The notes beneath the pieces were generated by a model. The model saw nothing but the letters and a program-made list of their open reading frames with translations, had not been told where the DNA came from and searched no databases. 64,000 nucleotides of DNA from Takakia lepidozioides (lineage: Eukaryota > Plantae > Bryophyta): positions 22,506,001 through 22,570,000 of the forward strand of contig CM060734.1 in NCBI GenBank assembly GCA_030704615.1, read 5' to 3'. Positions 62,185-64,000 of the stretch are shown here, in pieces; positions within the stretch are counted from its first letter, which is position 1; every line of letters starts with the position of its first letter. The translations under genes were made by a program, and so were the position numbers.

Positions 62185-64000
62185 ATGTCTAGCTCAGGAT
62201 CAAGAGAAACACTCCCAAGTCTAGATAGTATATCTTTTGACACTAGGCTGCAGCGTCGGCTAGCCAGAGAGGCAGTCAGGGACCAATCGCTAGGAAAGAG
62301 TCCAGCATTAAGTCCAAGGTCCGATTTGGACACCCGAAGTCTAGAAAGGATAGATTGGGAACAAGAGGACACCGATAGTATGTCTTGTAATGAGTATTCA
62401 CGGAAGGTCTCCCCAATACCCAATCCTCCATTGTCACCTCCGGCGAGGTCAGTCAGTCCTTCGCCATTAGTAGTGTCAGTCATGGCCCATATTCCAAGGC
62501 TGCCTGAGGTACCCATTGTGGTTCCGGCAGGTCTTGCCCTGCTAACATTGCCCAGGCATTTGCCTTGGTTTTCCGGGGAGGCACATGAGAACCCAGAGTA
62601 TCGTGTGAAATTTTTTATTCAATGTTGCTATTCTAACCAAGCATTGGACGATGCTTATTGGCTGATCTGGTTTCCCACAACCATGAGGGGAAGAGCATCT
62701 ACTTGGCATTGGCAGCAGGCACCAGGAACATTTGTCATTTGGTTGCAGATTCGCGACGCCTTTTTGGATCATTTCCGGGCGGTGCACCAATTCACTAATG
62801 TCTTGATGGCATTAGCACGAATTCGTCAAGGTCCTGCGGAGGAAGTAGCGGACTTTGAGACGAGATTTAGGGAGCTGATGAGGCTTCAGAATCCCTTGAC
62901 CCCTTTAGACGACGGGGTACTCAAGGATTTTTTTCTGAGTGGTCTGCGAGAGGCCACTCATTTCCATGTGTTGCAGCAATGACCTGCAACTTTGGCAGAT
63001 GCCATCCAAGCCGGCAAGGAGTTTGACAACATGCACCAACAAGTACAACGGGCCAAGATGTCGGAGATGGCCTTACCATCGTACATCACAATCGAACCAA
63101 CACAGAGTCCGACACCATTGGCGGTAATTCAGCCCGCTCTTAAATACACGCCTTCGTATGTGGGAGGAGCAGGACCATACGTTCCACCATCGGCCCCAAC
63201 ACCAGTTGCGGCGACAATGGCTCCCCAATACGCAGGTGCAGTGCCCACCAGCTCACATGCCGATTCGAGTGGGCAATCTGATTCACGAGTTGGACATCTT
63301 GAAGCCCAGGTGACGTCTCTCATGAAGACAATGGAGACAATGGCCGATCGCATGAGCTCCATCGGTCAGCAGATCACCAGCTACGTAGGATATCGGGATG
63401 CAGCCCCGATTGGCGAATCCGGCCCCAACCCAGCAAAGGTTTGGTGTTCCAACTGCAACAACTCCGGTCACTGTTCACAACATTGCCCTTACCCAATCAG
63501 GGATAAGCAGGTAAACCAAAACCCAACTTATCAGGATAGGTAGAGACGTAATTCCAACCAGTCACGAGGAGGTTGCCAAAAGTGTGGACATCCGCGCCAC
63601 ACCACGGAGGAATGTTGGAGTGACATCATTTGTATTCATTGCGATAAGCGTGGCCATCCACTAGAGAGATGTCCTCGCCGACAGGTGGATCGACCCGCTC
63701 CTGCCACTAGGCAACAGGTAGAGAGGAATTTGGAAGGGCAACGGGCCCCCTTCCCGGATCAGTATGCTACTGAACCTCCCAACCCTCTTCCTTCTCAACA
63801 TAGCATGTATTTTGCCACGCCAACACCGATTGCGCAACGGCCTAGAGTGGATCCAGTAGTCCCATCATATGTAGGGGACAATGCAGCCACGGGATCGAAT
63901 TCCTGGGCGGCTTACTCAAATCCTGCGGCTCAGATAGCCCAGGGTTCTTCTAACACGTGGTCTCCTCCTCAGGATGTAAGAGTGCAAGGGGGACATCAGG
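62185..64000 (+). pseudogene. gag: Gag with three CCHC knuckles; in-frame stops at 62980 and 63541
   Basis: LPWFSGE…FPTTMRGRASTW…IRQGPAEEVADF…FLSGL; CSNCNNSGHCSQHC, CQKCGHPRHTTEEC, CIHCDKRGHPLERC. Confidence 0.85.

Larger units (their letters stand above)
57735..64000 (+). mobile_element. Large LTR-type retrotransposon, 5' part: long LTR/leader, extra ORF, gag (runs off the window)
   Basis: Gag begins at 62185 and a TATA-like cagtataaaag lies near 57977. Exact LTR ends and PBS were not identified. Confidence 0.6.

Overview
Eukaryotic, repeat-saturated DNA. The host is probably a streptophyte non-seed plant, inferred from GT-AG introns, an EMB8-like plant gene fragment and the transposable element (TE) families present. 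The window is a nest of mostly decayed TEs: three copies of one APE-RT LINE family, at least five Ty3/gypsy elements, a MITE, and four termini of a Mutator-like (MULE) group whose ends read GGGG(N)NTGCTATTTCATGAGC. The most notable content is as follows. (1) A complete 10.8-kb MULE (5018-15795) with a GCM-like/DDE/SWIM transposase, two arrays of a CpG-containing palindrome (GGAAATGCGG-YR-CCGCATTTCC, 53-bp period in the first array) and a divergent pair of unknown ~185-aa cargo genes. (2) A related element starting at 38730 that carries an intron-containing gene fusing a ParB-like domain to a beta-class N4-C/N6-A DNA-methyltransferase fold, with its own 24-bp palindrome repeated five times in one intron. 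(3) A third related element starting at 49089 with a third palindrome variant and another cargo homolog. (4) A gypsy element whose polyprotein contains a DNMT3-like C5 cytosine methyltransferase and a C-terminal PHD finger. Together these suggest TE-encoded, sequence-specific chromatin or methylation machinery. All family assignments come from motif recognition by eye; no database search was run.
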